The translations under genes were made by a program, and so were the position numbers. Shown piece after piece: positions 1-10,100 of a stretch of 32,000 bases of DNA. Origin of the DNA: Cellulophaga phage phi47:1. Location of the stretch: sequence record KC821634.1; one strand, written 5' to 3'. Each line of letters begins with the position of its first letter. The first letter of the stretch is position 1. The notes beneath the pieces are model-generated. The model had not been told where the DNA came from, did no database searches, and worked only from the letters and a program-made list of their open reading frames with translations.

Positions 1-99
1 ATTAAAATAGTGCTTTAAATTCGTCAATAACATTGATATTAAAGAGTTTACACCACTAAATAACAAACATGTAACAAAGGTAATATTTAATAAGAAACG

Positions 100-777
100 A
101 TGGCTTTACATACTAGAAAAGAGTTCGCTGCTCTATGCAGAACAACGATAGCGGTAGTCAATACGAACGTAAACAGAAACAAAATTCAACTACATGACAA
201 GAAAATTGATTCACAGAATGCTATCAATAAAAAGTTCTTTGATAAATACTTTAAAAAAGCAGAAGAGGAAGCTAGAACAACTAAATTAGTTGAAGACAAG
301 TCACAGCAACTAACTAAACTATACAATGAGGTAGTTGAAAAAGTTAAAGTGACTGAAGCAACTAAGCAAAGTGAAATTAAAAGAAAAAAAGCAGTGGCTG
401 AAAGCGAGGAAACTAGCGACTGGGAGAAGAGAAAGAAAATTGCTGATGCTTTGCTGCAAGAGAAAAGAGTTGAAAAAGAACACTTACAACTTGAGAAGCT
501 TGCTGGTAAGTTGCTTCCTACTGATTTAGTCTTTAATATAACTAAAATTCACAATACTTCTATCTTCGCTACATTTCAAAACGATTTAGAAAACATTGCT
601 TCAATATGGTGTGACATCTTAGGTAGTGGTGATAGAAAGAAGTTAGCGCAAATGACTGAGCAAATGGCGGTAAGGTTAGAAGATAGTGTTAAGCGTGCTG
701 AAGATGTAGCTAATGCAGCTATTGAGAACGAAGTTGATAGGTACAGTGAAAACAGAAATAGAGGTGAAAGAAAATAA
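100..777 (+). CDS. Putative terminase small subunit (Nu1-like)
   Basis: 225 aa ORF with an N-terminal DNA-binding-like segment (ALHTRKEFAALCRTT), charged coiled coil and an 'EKLAGKLLPTDLVFN' segment reminiscent of Nu1 proteins. It lies upstream of a gpA-type large terminase. Confidence 0.65.
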   Translation: MALHTRKEFAALCRTTIAVVNTNVNRNKIQLHDKKIDSQNAINKKFFDKYFKKAEEEARTTKLVEDKSQQLTKLYNEVVEKVKVTEATKQSEIKRKKAVAESEETSDWEKRKKIADALLQEKRVEKEHLQLEKLAGKLLPTDLVFNITKIHNTSIFATFQNDLENIASIWCDILGSGDRKKLAQMTEQMAVRLEDSVKRAEDVANAAIENEVDRYSENRNRGERK

Positions 778-932
778 AAATAATAAAACCATAGGTTATA
801 TCAAATAATTTATTAAATTTGCGTAACACTAAACAAAACAACAGGCGGATAAGAAATTTCGTAACCTACCACAGGTCTGAATTTATATATAATGTAAAAG
901 TCTGTTGTTTGTTTTTTTTAAAACAACTAGAA

Positions 933-1337
933 ATGAAATATCTAATAACTGCAATCGCTTTAATTATTTTTTGCTCTTGTTCTCAAAACGAAATAGAAGA
1001 AACTATTAATGTTTTAAAAATTACAAGCACTTTACCAGTTCACTATAAAAACAATGGTGAGCCAAAATACATCAGAGCAACCATTAACGGAGTTGTGTTA
1101 ATTGATGAGGTTTATTTTTTCCCTACAGCTTGGCAAAATAAAAACGGTTTCAATGTTGATAGTGAGTCAAATGTAATAACCAAAGTCGAACTTCTTTCAA
1201 GTAACATGGAGGTTATTTATAAAGGCGCTGGTTACTATGATTTAAATCAAGTTAACTACATAAGCGAAGACAACCCTCTTAAAGTTTTTAAACTCAATAA
1301 AGACATTGGTGTTAGTTTAACAGTTATACCAAATTAA
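933..1337 (+). CDS. Small predicted lipoprotein (134 aa), unknown function
   Basis: The track ORF starts at 819, but the internal ATG at 933 gives MKYLITAIALIIFCSCSQNEIE, a classic signal peptide with lipobox and Cys. The 819 start lies inside a promoter-like box. Confidence 0.75.
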   Translation: MKYLITAIALIIFCSCSQNEIEETINVLKITSTLPVHYKNNGEPKYIRATINGVVLIDEVYFFPTAWQNKNGFNVDSESNVITKVELLSSNMEVIYKGAGYYDLNQVNYISEDNPLKVFKLNKDIGVSLTVIPN

Positions 1338-1339
1338 TT

Positions 1340-1483
1340 ATGGATTTTATTTTACTTTGTATCCAGTACGTTGTATTTTTTTTATTAATGACTTTGATTG
1401 GACTTTGTTTAATGTACTTGATTGTTATATCGTTTGTTTTTGTTGATGAGTTGATTTACAGAATAAAACGCAAAGACAAATGA
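1340..1483 (+). CDS. 47-aa membrane microprotein absent from the supplied ORF track
   Basis: Reads MDFILLCIQYVVFFLLMTLIGLCLMYLIVISFVFVDELIYRIKRKDK*. It is almost entirely hydrophobic with a basic tail. Its stop overlaps the terminase start (ATGA, 1480-1483). Confidence 0.6.
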   Translation: MDFILLCIQYVVFFLLMTLIGLCLMYLIVISFVFVDELIYRIKRKDK

Positions 1484-3525
1484 ATTTAAAAGATATTTGG
1501 AAACAGCAGTTAAATTTTTTCAATTCAAAACTGTATAGCTATAAAACGATAAAAGCTATACCCTCAGAATGGGTTGAAAAAACTATAATACTTGACCCTG
1601 AAGTTTCAAGGTTTAGTGGTAGGTATAGTTACGACTTATCTCCTTATGCTAGAGAAATAATTGACAACCTGCATCCTTCAAATCCTTATAAGATTATTTC
1701 AGTTATGAAAGGTGCTCAGAGTGGAATTACTCAAGGTGTCATCGTTCCAGGTATGGCTTGGATTATTTCTGAGCATCCTGACAACTTCTTATTCACGGCA
1801 TCTGACAAGGAAATCGCCAAGCTTACTATTACTACCCGATTCGATAATATCATGCAATCTAGCGGGCTAAAACACTTAATTCGACCTAATACGTCTAGAT
1901 CTAAAGGGCAGCGTTCCGGGGATACTGATTTTAGCAAGGAATTTGCTGGTGGCTCGGCTATTATTGAAGGAACTAATAACGCTGGTAAATTTAGGTTCTT
2001 TAGTGTTAAGACAGTTTTCATGGATGACTTCGACAATGCTCCTAGAGCTGATAAGAAAGAAGGTTCAATAAGAAAACTAGTTGAGGGACGGCAAACTTCG
2101 TACGGTAACTTAGCTAAGACTTTCTATGTAAGTACACCGACTATCACTCAAACTTCAAATGTCTACGAAATGTACTTGCAAGGAGACCAAAGAAAATGGC
2201 ACTGGCCTTGTCCTGAGTGTAACGAATTTGTTCCTTCAGATTGGAGAATAAAAAAAGCTGACGGAAGTTTTGCTGGTATAGTTTATGAGCTTGATTCTGA
2301 AAATAGATTAATAGAAGAAAGCGTATTTTTCAAGTGCCCATGCTGTGGTCATAATATAAGCAATAATGAGAAGCATGATTTAAATAATAAAGGAAAGTGG
2401 ATTGCTACAGCTATTCCGAAAGACAAATATTATAGGTCATACTATATGAATTCGCTTATAATTCCTCCGGGCTTTATAAATTGGGTTGACTTAGTTAAGG
2501 AGTGGCTAGAAGCTTGTCCTCCAAACAAGAAACCAAATTCTGATCTACTTAAAGTTTTTAATAATGTTAGATTAGGTCTTCCTTTTGAAGAAAAAGGTGA
2601 AGCACCTAAAATGATGCAGTTAATGGAAAATATAAGAGACTATAGAGTAGGTATAGTCCCTGATCGGACCTCGATTGAAGACGGAAACGGTGAAATTATA
2701 CTAATAACGTTAGCAGCGGATTTAGGTGGTATAATGAACAATGAAACTGAAGATGTTAGAATTGACTGGGAAATAATGGCGCACGCTGCGAATGGAGCTA
2801 CTTATTCAATAAACCAAGGAAGTTTAGGAACTTTTAAGCGGTCAAGAACTAGAACTGAAGAAGATAAGGTTAAGGAATCTGATAGAATTAAATATACTTA
2901 CATGCACGGAATGAAGCATTCAGTTTGGCCGCTGCTTGAGAAAATAATAAAAGAAGATTTAATTGGTGAAAGCGGAGATTTATATGATATAAAACTAAGT
3001 GTAATTGATACGGGTCACTTTACTAAGCATGCGTATGAGTTTATTAAAAAGACACATGATTCTGAGAATTGGGTATTTGGCATAAAGGGTATTCCTGAAA
3101 TAAACTACAGAAGAAATACTAAAGATGTCGCTTTAGTTAAAAAATCAGCTAATATTCAAAACCTTTATCTTTTAGACGTTGAACAGCTTAAGGATAATTT
3201 AGCAGCTAACATGAAATTAAGAAGAGCTGATGATGAAACTCAAGAAAGTGGATTTATGAATTTTCCTGTTCAAGAAAAAAATAAGTATGCAATGAACACA
3301 TACTTCAAACACTTTCAGAGTGAGGTTAGAAAAGAAGTAATAGAGAATGGAGAGTCTACAGGATGGAAATGGGAAAAGAAAAATTCAAGTGTTGAGAATC
3401 ACTTTTGGGATGTTCGTATTTACAACAATGCAGCTAGAGACATGTTTATAGACTTAATAAAAAGAACAGACCCTTCGCAGTTTAAAGACTTAACTTGGGA
3501 CTTATTTGTTGAAAGTTTAAATTAA
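1480..3525 (+). CDS. Terminase large subunit, gpA family
   Basis: 681 aa. Walker A-like 'VMKGAQSGIT', Walker B-like 'TVFMDDFDNAP', Zn-finger-like cysteines CPECNEFVP...CPCCGH, and nuclease-region 'SVIDTGHFTKHAYEF'. Confidence 0.92.
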   Translation: MNLKDIWKQQLNFFNSKLYSYKTIKAIPSEWVEKTIILDPEVSRFSGRYSYDLSPYAREIIDNLHPSNPYKIISVMKGAQSGITQGVIVPGMAWIISEHPDNFLFTASDKEIAKLTITTRFDNIMQSSGLKHLIRPNTSRSKGQRSGDTDFSKEFAGGSAIIEGTNNAGKFRFFSVKTVFMDDFDNAPRADKKEGSIRKLVEGRQTSYGNLAKTFYVSTPTITQTSNVYEMYLQGDQRKWHWPCPECNEFVPSDWRIKKADGSFAGIVYELDSENRLIEESVFFKCPCCGHNISNNEKHDLNNKGKWIATAIPKDKYYRSYYMNSLIIPPGFINWVDLVKEWLEACPPNKKPNSDLLKVFNNVRLGLPFEEKGEAPKMMQLMENIRDYRVGIVPDRTSIEDGNGEIILITLAADLGGIMNNETEDVRIDWEIMAHAANGATYSINQGSLGTFKRSRTRTEEDKVKESDRIKYTYMHGMKHSVWPLLEKIIKEDLIGESGDLYDIKLSVIDTGHFTKHAYEFIKKTHDSENWVFGIKGIPEINYRRNTKDVALVKKSANIQNLYLLDVEQLKDNLAANMKLRRADDETQESGFMNFPVQEKNKYAMNTYFKHFQSEVRKEVIENGESTGWKWEKKNSSVENHFWDVRIYNNAARDMFIDLIKRTDPSQFKDLTWDLFVESLN

Positions 3526-3531
3526 AATTTT

Positions 3532-3557
3532 TTTATTGAGATAATTTACTATATTTG
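3532..3557 (+). promoter_or_regulatory. Bacteroidetes -7-like box (TATATTTG), copy 1 of a duplicated 26-bp element
   Basis: tttattgagataatttactatatttg, 24/26 identical to 3641-3666. TATATTTG at 3550-3557 matches TAnnTTTG. No well-spaced -33 TTG was found. Confidence 0.4.
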
Positions 3558-3646
3558 TAGACCCGTAGTGTCTAAACTTTTATTTTATTTCTTTTCGGTT
3601 GTTTTGTTTAAAAGCTCAAATATTTATTTATTTGAGCTTTTTTATT
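3558..3646 (+). ncRNA. Candidate ~85-nt structured RNA between terminase and gpW/portal genes
   Basis: Starts just after a TATATTTG box, has a 5-bp hairpin (TAGAC-ccgtagt-GTCTA, 3558-3574), a U-rich middle, and ends in a strong terminator hairpin. No ORF in the supplied track covers it. Confidence 0.35.
3611..3643 (+). terminator. Intrinsic terminator
   Basis: Perfect 12-bp stem AAAGCTCAAATA (3611-3622) / TATTTGAGCTTT (3629-3640), 6-nt loop, then T-rich tail. Confidence 0.8.
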
Positions 3647-3666
3647 GAAATAATTTGCTATATTTG
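3641..3666 (+). promoter_or_regulatory. TATATTTG promoter-like element, copy 2, 4 nt upstream of the ATG at 3671
   Basis: tttattgaaataatttgctatatttg; TATATTTG at 3659-3666. The nearest TTTG upstream (3631-3634) is 24 nt away, just outside the usual spacing. Confidence 0.5.
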
Positions 3667-3670
3667 CTAA

Positions 3671-3958
3671 ATGTTAACAATTAGAGAATATATAGAATCC
3701 GTTGATTCGTTGGATTTAAAGATAGCAGCTATTGAAAGTTTAATAGACGCCATGCTTTTAAATGCCATTGATTCAATAAGCGATAGCGGTACTAAAATCT
3801 ATTCCTTGGACGATGGTCAGTCAAAAATAATGACTGAATTCAGGTCTCCATCAGATATTACAAAAGGAGTTTTAGCTTTAGAAAAGATGAAGTTTGTTTA
3901 CGTTAATAGAAGAGACGGTAGCGGTATAACTATACTAAGAGGTAGACTTAATAATTAA
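3671..3958 (+). CDS. Small gpW-like head-tail connector/joining protein (95 aa)
   Basis: Size and position between gpA-type terminase and lambda-type portal. Segments 'GQSKIMTEFRSPSDI' and 'MLTIREYIESVDSLDLKIAAIESLIDAML' resemble short gpW-like proteins. Confidence 0.5.
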   Translation: MLTIREYIESVDSLDLKIAAIESLIDAMLLNAIDSISDSGTKIYSLDDGQSKIMTEFRSPSDITKGVLALEKMKFVYVNRRDGSGITILRGRLNN

Positions 3959-3961
3959 GAT

Positions 3962-5572
3962 ATGAGTTTTAAAGAAAATTGGAATAAGTTTACTGAAGTT
4001 TTCTTAGGTAAAGAAACTCAACAAGCCAGCTCAAGCTCACCTTACTACAATGAAGCAAACGACGGTCGCTCTTACAATCCTATTATAGATGATTTGTTTG
4101 ATGGTGAAAAGAATTACGGAAACCTTGGCGCTGTCAGAAATAGTGTTCCTGACCATATGCGGTTAAGGCTTCGTGCTCACGACATGAATTTAAAAACTGA
4201 TATTATAAAAATAATAACAGGTAAATTTTTTAAATGGGTTATAGGTAACGGGTTAAAGCTTTCAGCGGAACCTAATGCTACGGTTCTTGAAATGTATGGT
4301 ATAAAAGAGGATTTGGTTACAATGCAAAAAAATGTTGAAGCCTTATTCAAGCTTTACTCCAACTCATCTTACAGCGACTATACTAAGAGGGACAATTTTC
4401 ATGAAAAGGCAGCAGACGCTTTCAAATCATCTTTTCTGGGCGGCGATTGCTTATGTGTTCTTAGAGTTGATGAATACGGGCCTAATATGCAAGTAATTGA
4501 CGGCGAACATATTGAAGATCCTTTTGATGATACTGGAAAAGCACAAGGAAACAATATAGTTAAAGGAATTGAAATAAATTCAAAAGGAGAGTATGTAGCT
4601 TTCTGGGTTAGTAATAAGTCTGAAAGTTCAAACGAACTATTGAACGGAATGATTGGTCACACTAGGATTGAAGCTGTTAATTCAAACGGAAACCTAGTAG
4701 CTTGGATGATGTATGGAGATAAAGCACGTATCGATCACCACAGAGGAATTCCTGTTATAACTTCAATTCTTGAAAAAGTTTCATTGCTTGATAGATTTAC
4801 TATTGCTTCAGTTGTTAAAGCTGAGCAAACTGCAAATGTAGTATTTGGTTTTGAGCATAGCACAAACAGCACTGGTGAAAATATATTAAAATCATCTTTA
4901 ACAAGTAAAAAAAATCCTACTACTGCTGATAATGGTATTCCTAATGAGTTACCTGCTAAGCAGTTAAGGCAAGCTGTTCAAGGAACTGTTTTAAACTTAA
5001 CCCCTGACAGTAAACTAGTTTCACTTTCGTCCGAAAACGAAACAAGCTTCAATGAATTTTTTAGAGCTATATTTGTGACTTTGTGCGCTGCTGTAGAGAT
5101 TCCTGAAGAAGTAGCTTTGCAGAAATACGAACAGAACTACAGTAGCTCTAGAGCAGCTATAAATGGATGGGAGTTTATTGTTGAAATTTACAGACAAAGA
5201 GCATCTAATAAATCTTATCAACCATTTTACAGGTACTGGCTAGAAATTCAAATCTTAAAAGGTGTTATTCAATCAAACGGATTTTTAATATCTAAGTCAA
5301 AGAAAAACTTTATGGCGATGGAAGCTTATTTCAACGCTAGATTCTTAGGTAGAAAAATGCCGCACATAGACCCGCTTAAAGAAGCGAAAGGAGTAAGAGC
5401 GTTACTAGGAGATGATAAAACGCCTTTAGTGTCGTACGAACAAGCTACTGAGCTAATGGGGCATGGTGACTGGAGAGAGAATTACAAAAAATACTTAGAA
5501 GAAGATAAGGAAATTCCTGAAGATAAAAAACCTGTTATAAATGAAAAGAATAGCGACAACAAACAAGAATAA
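3962..5572 (+). CDS. Portal protein, lambda gpB family
   Basis: 536 aa. 'YNEANDGRSYNP', 'RLRLRAHDMNLKTDI', 'GGDCLCVLRVD...QVIDGEHIEDPFD', 'GIEINSKGEYVAFWV', 'DKARIDHHRGIPVITSILEKVSLLDRFT', 'LCAAVEIPEEVALQKYEQNYSSSRAAINGWE'. Confidence 0.93.
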   Translation: MSFKENWNKFTEVFLGKETQQASSSSPYYNEANDGRSYNPIIDDLFDGEKNYGNLGAVRNSVPDHMRLRLRAHDMNLKTDIIKIITGKFFKWVIGNGLKLSAEPNATVLEMYGIKEDLVTMQKNVEALFKLYSNSSYSDYTKRDNFHEKAADAFKSSFLGGDCLCVLRVDEYGPNMQVIDGEHIEDPFDDTGKAQGNNIVKGIEINSKGEYVAFWVSNKSESSNELLNGMIGHTRIEAVNSNGNLVAWMMYGDKARIDHHRGIPVITSILEKVSLLDRFTIASVVKAEQTANVVFGFEHSTNSTGENILKSSLTSKKNPTTADNGIPNELPAKQLRQAVQGTVLNLTPDSKLVSLSSENETSFNEFFRAIFVTLCAAVEIPEEVALQKYEQNYSSSRAAINGWEFIVEIYRQRASNKSYQPFYRYWLEIQILKGVIQSNGFLISKSKKNFMAMEAYFNARFLGRKMPHIDPLKEAKGVRALLGDDKTPLVSYEQATELMGHGDWRENYKKYLEEDKEIPEDKKPVINEKNSDNKQE

Positions 5573-5903
5573 TATTTGGTATGATTATCTTATATTTAAA
5601 GTAGGTGACGCTATCAGTCATCTAAGCAGAGATTGGATAAATGTTTCAGGCAGTAATTCAGAACCAAATAACTCAAGTTCTGATTGGGTTTCAACTTCAC
5701 AAAACTCGTCATCTTTAAAAGAAACCATTGCAGCTACAGAAGACCAAACAGTTATTGAGTTGACTACTGATCCTGATAGTGTTGAAGTTTTCATTAACCA
5801 AGCATATCAAATAGAAGAAATTGACTACACGTATCTAGATGGAACAATTACGATGACGAACACCTTATACGAAGGAGATATTATTAATGTTAGAAAATTT
5901 TAA
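5541..5903 (+). CDS. Small hypothetical protein, possibly a tail-fibre accessory
   Basis: 120 aa ORF overlapping the portal 3' end in another frame. Its C-terminal segment 'DPDSVEVFINQAYQIEEIDYTYLDGTITMTNTLYEGDIINVRKF' resembles fibre-associated beta modules. The start is uncertain. Confidence 0.5.
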   Translation: MKRIATTNKNNIWYDYLIFKVGDAISHLSRDWINVSGSNSEPNNSSSDWVSTSQNSSSLKETIAATEDQTVIELTTDPDSVEVFINQAYQIEEIDYTYLDGTITMTNTLYEGDIINVRKF

Positions 5904-5906
5904 GAA

Positions 5907-7130
5907 ATGAAAAATTATTTGTCAATTTTATTTTTGCTTTCAAGCTTTTTAGTTTTGTCGCAAAACCCTACAAGTTTCAGAAACGGAGTTATTCCAGGGG
6001 TTAAAACTACAGCTGAAATACAAGCTATAGTTTCACCTAAACTTGGAACTCAAATATTTAATTCAACTACTGAAACAATATGGGTTAGACAATCAAGTTC
6101 ATGGGCTGATACTGGTGTTGGTGGTACAGTTACGGGTGATGTGGTTACTTTTGATTCAAGTAAAGCTAACGCAGTAGACGTAGAAATTGTAGACGGCGAC
6201 CCTAGCGTTGACTATAAATTATTATTTGATATAAATGGAACAGGATGGGGAGCTGAAACACCTACTTCAACCTGGGGTCAGATACAAGGTTTATTGTCTG
6301 ATCAAACAGATCTAGCAACTGCTTTAAACAATAAGATAAGCTTCAGTGGCGCAAATTTAGGTACTAGTACTTTTATTTTAGGTGGATCAGGAAATAACAT
6401 TATCGCCTTTAGCAGACTCGATAATAATACTACTTATGTAATGTCTAAATTAAAGCACGAATTCTCTTTAGGAAACGACGACGATTCAGTTACTTCAGTT
6501 TATACGATGGAGCCCGATAAATTCACGACAGACTTAACACTAGCAGAAGTGAAAGCCGGTGGAAGTGGTCAATTTTTAACTCGAGAAGCTGGAGATGATT
6601 TATACGCTCCAGCAGGTTCAACTGGAGGGAGTGAAGAGAACACCGACAACCAAACACTTTCTTATAACGATTACGGCGAGATATCAATAACTGGAGGTAA
6701 TACGATTACAGCAACCCGATATAGAAATATAACTACTTTTGATCTTATAGATGATGGTGGTGGAGCAACTTATTCTCCAACCGCTTTTGGTGTCTCAGAA
6801 ACTTATGAGTTTTCAGATAACGTGCTTGGCGCTGTTTACGTCAATCCTATAGTTACAGGAACTCCTACGGGTGATCTTGTTTTCGATTTAGGTGCGAGTT
6901 ATGAGGTTGGAAGTACTAATTGGTCTATATTCGATGTATTTATCTCCAACGTAAACAACACAGGCGACGATTATTACTTAAAAGCTATAAAACGAACAAA
7001 AGTATCATCCCCGGATGACATCTATAAGATAATGAGTGTAGACGCTAGTGGTAAGCTAGTGCCGTTTCCAGCTCCATTAAGTTTTGATACTATAAATCTA
7101 AAGCTTCAATATAATTTTTACCCTTACTAA
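5907..7130 (+). CDS. Tail-fibre-like protein with an N-terminal Sec signal peptide
   Basis: 407 aa. Starts MKNYLSILFLLSSFLVLSQNPT (signal peptide); contains fibre-like 'WGQIQGLLSDQTDLATALNNK' and a Gly/Ser/Thr-rich beta body. Confidence 0.7.
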   Translation: MKNYLSILFLLSSFLVLSQNPTSFRNGVIPGVKTTAEIQAIVSPKLGTQIFNSTTETIWVRQSSSWADTGVGGTVTGDVVTFDSSKANAVDVEIVDGDPSVDYKLLFDINGTGWGAETPTSTWGQIQGLLSDQTDLATALNNKISFSGANLGTSTFILGGSGNNIIAFSRLDNNTTYVMSKLKHEFSLGNDDDSVTSVYTMEPDKFTTDLTLAEVKAGGSGQFLTREAGDDLYAPAGSTGGSEENTDNQTLSYNDYGEISITGGNTITATRYRNITTFDLIDDGGGATYSPTAFGVSETYEFSDNVLGAVYVNPIVTGTPTGDLVFDLGASYEVGSTNWSIFDVFISNVNNTGDDYYLKAIKRTKVSSPDDIYKIMSVDASGKLVPFPAPLSFDTINLKLQYNFYPY

Positions 7131-7153
7131 TATAAATGATTAAATAGATTAAA

Positions 7154-10100
7154 ATGATGAAAACAATTTTATTACTGGCGTTTTCCCTTTGCAGCTTTTT
7201 TGCAGTAGCTCAGACTCAAGACGTGACAATAGCTGTTCCGACACCTGACCAGATTATTGACACGATAAACAATAGGCCTGAAGGAAAAAAAATCTCAGCT
7301 TCAGCTATTGAAGGAACTTTTGAAGATAGTGTTTTAAGCGCTGAAGCTCAAGCATCTTTAGCTAGAGCAAATGAATCTATAACCAGCGAATTAACTAACG
7401 AACCGAAAGGCTCAATTAAATCTGATAACGCTGTATCTATAAGCTACTTAGAGTATCTTATAGCTGTAAATTCGCAAAAAAATAAATCTAATACGATTTA
7501 CAATGTTAGCAGTGAGGAAGATGTTTTAAATCAGGATTTAGTTAATTCAACTTTTATTGATTTAGCAACTCCTTACGACTACATATCAGAGACACACATG
7601 ATAAGAGATGATATACATGACTACGATGTTCGTGGTGGTTTTTCTCACGATGTTACGAGCGAATCTGTAGCATTCCCCGTATCTTTAGCTAAGACAAATC
7701 CCACCAATGTATCTGGATCAGGATACAACGCGACAACGTGGGAAGCTGCTTTTGTTGTTAAAGGTGATTTCGCTATTAGAGTAGCTGGAAACGACGACAG
7801 TATGTCTAGGCAAAGAGTTTTGATAAATGGAAAGCCTTACCAGTTCATAAATGATACTGGATTAGAAGATGGAGGCACTAGAAGATGGGCTGTTTTCCAA
7901 ATGAGAAAAGGAAAGGAATATGAAATTAGGATACAGTTTTCTCAAGCCGGTTCTTTTTATGGTTTTAAAACTGAAGTTGGTGGATTTATAAAAGCTCTTG
8001 ACCCTGATGAGACTATTCTTTTCTTTGGTGATAGCATAACAGCTTCAACAGGAGCAACGAAGGGAGTTTATGGTTATGCTCTTAGTGTCTTTGCTGGTAA
8101 GAACGCGAATGTACTTCTTTCAGGTATAGGAGGAACTGGTTATGTTAATACAGTTGGAGGCACTCAATACAATTTACCTGAAAGGATTGTCCAGAATTAC
8201 ACTGATTTAGTGGCTGAGTCAGGGGTTCCTGATAAAGTTGTTATAGCGATGGGAATTAACGATTTAAGCTTGTCAGGCATAGAAGTCGCAGCGAATAGCG
8301 CTTTTGATTTGCTTAGAACTGTCTATAGTGGCGAAGTTTATGTGTTAAATGCTTTTAATGCTAACGCACCAACTAAATCAACAGCTTACCAGAGTTTCGA
8401 AAGCAATCTTTTAGCTGCTGTAGATGGAAGAGATGGGTTTACTTTTATAGATGTATCAGAGCTTTCCTATACAAAGTTTGACGCTGTTCATCCTGATGAC
8501 GCTGGTCACGCTACTATAGCGAAATTTTTATACCCATATTTGGTTGATGAAAGTAAATACATCAAAAAGATACCAGCTTCAGCGATAGAGGATGAAAGCT
8601 TAACTGAATTAAAGCTTTCTGAATCCTTAGTAGATAGGTTGAATGAAGTGAACTCAACTATATCCGAAGACATAAAAAATTTACACAGTTCAAGCGACCC
8701 TGCAGGTGGTAATGAATCAAATATAATTAACGCATGGGTTCCAGCGACTTCAGCTACAATAGAGTCAAATAACCTAGATAGTTATTTAGGCATCTTATCT
8801 ATTAAAGCTACGAAAACAAATTCAGGGTCTGCTGTTATTTATTCACCTAATTACACAGTTGAAGTAGGTAAAACATATATTTTTAAATGTAGAGTTAAAG
8901 TAGGTGGTGGTTTTGTTTCAGGTAGTAATATGTATTTATCTGATAAAACAGGTGCTTTTTTGCAATCATTTATTAATGAAGCTGATTTAGGTTGGCAGGA
9001 ACTAACGCAAACCTTAAGTTTTAGCAAAACTAGAACTAGAGTTAATATATCATTAAGTGCGCAGCCCGCGAATGCAACATTATTAATTGATGCTGTAGAA
9101 TTATATGAGGTGGGTGAAGGAATTAAAGCTTTTCCTGAAGCTTATGGTTTTGGTTCTGTATCTACAGGAGGTAGAGGTGGTTCTGTTAGAAAAGTTACTA
9201 ATCTAAATAATAGTGGGTTAGGTAGCTTGAGAGCAGCGTGTGAGCTTGATAATTCTATAGTAATATTTGAAACTGCAGGTACAATAGATTTAGATTCTCC
9301 TATAAGTGTAGGTAATAACGTTTCTATTTATGGTCAAACAGCTTTTAGAAACGGGGGTCAAGGAATAACGTTAAAAGCTTCAAATACTAATGAATCTAGT
9401 TTAATGGTTTTTAGTGGTAAAGATAATTTGATAGTTCAATACATAAGATTTAGAAGAGGAGTTACGCCTTTCGTTACATCTGCCACAGCTGGTCAGAATT
9501 TAGCTCTAGCCAATGCAGCTACTAAAATAATGATAGACCATTGCTCTTTTGGATGGGATGAAGACGAAAGCCTTACTATCTGGGATGCGTCCGAAGTTAC
9601 TGTACAAAACTCTATTGTTACAAATTCTTTAATGGTTAATGATTACGGTAGACAAAAAACAAGTAAGAGTTTGATAGTAGGGAATAGTGCAGATAAAGTT
9701 TCTATATATAAAACACTTATAGGAAACGCTGATCAAAGGAACGCTTTATTTGGTGGTAGTACTTCTCCTATAGAACAATTTGAATTTAAGAATAATCTTA
9801 TATTTAATTGGGGTTCTATTGGAACTGATTTTGCGGGTTCTCAATTACCTTTCAAGGTTAATATTATTGGGAATAAATGGAAAGCGGGTCATAACTCCAA
9901 CATAAGTAGGCATGGACTTAGAGCTACTGGTAATACTGGTGATTTATTTTACCTAGAAGGCAATATAACTATATCACGCCCTACAAATGATTTAGATGAA
10001 TGGTTAGCTATTGGTGATTCAGCGACTCCATCATCTACTTTAGCTACCACGTTTCAACAAAACACTCCATTTGACTACCCGCTACAATACGCACCTACTT

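Noticed and set aside
1-99. Possible cos site upstream of the small terminase
   Set aside because: A gpA-type terminase suggests cos packaging, but too little upstream sequence is present and no clear cohesive-end or Nu1-binding repeat could be identified.
1731-2036. Minus-strand ORF (101 aa) inside the large terminase
   Set aside because: Antisense to a well-supported TerL gene, with no promoter or family features.
5021-5221. Plus-strand 66-aa ORF inside the portal
   Set aside because: Fully embedded in a conserved portal region (EIPEEVALQKYEQNYSSSRAA) in another frame; low-quality composition.
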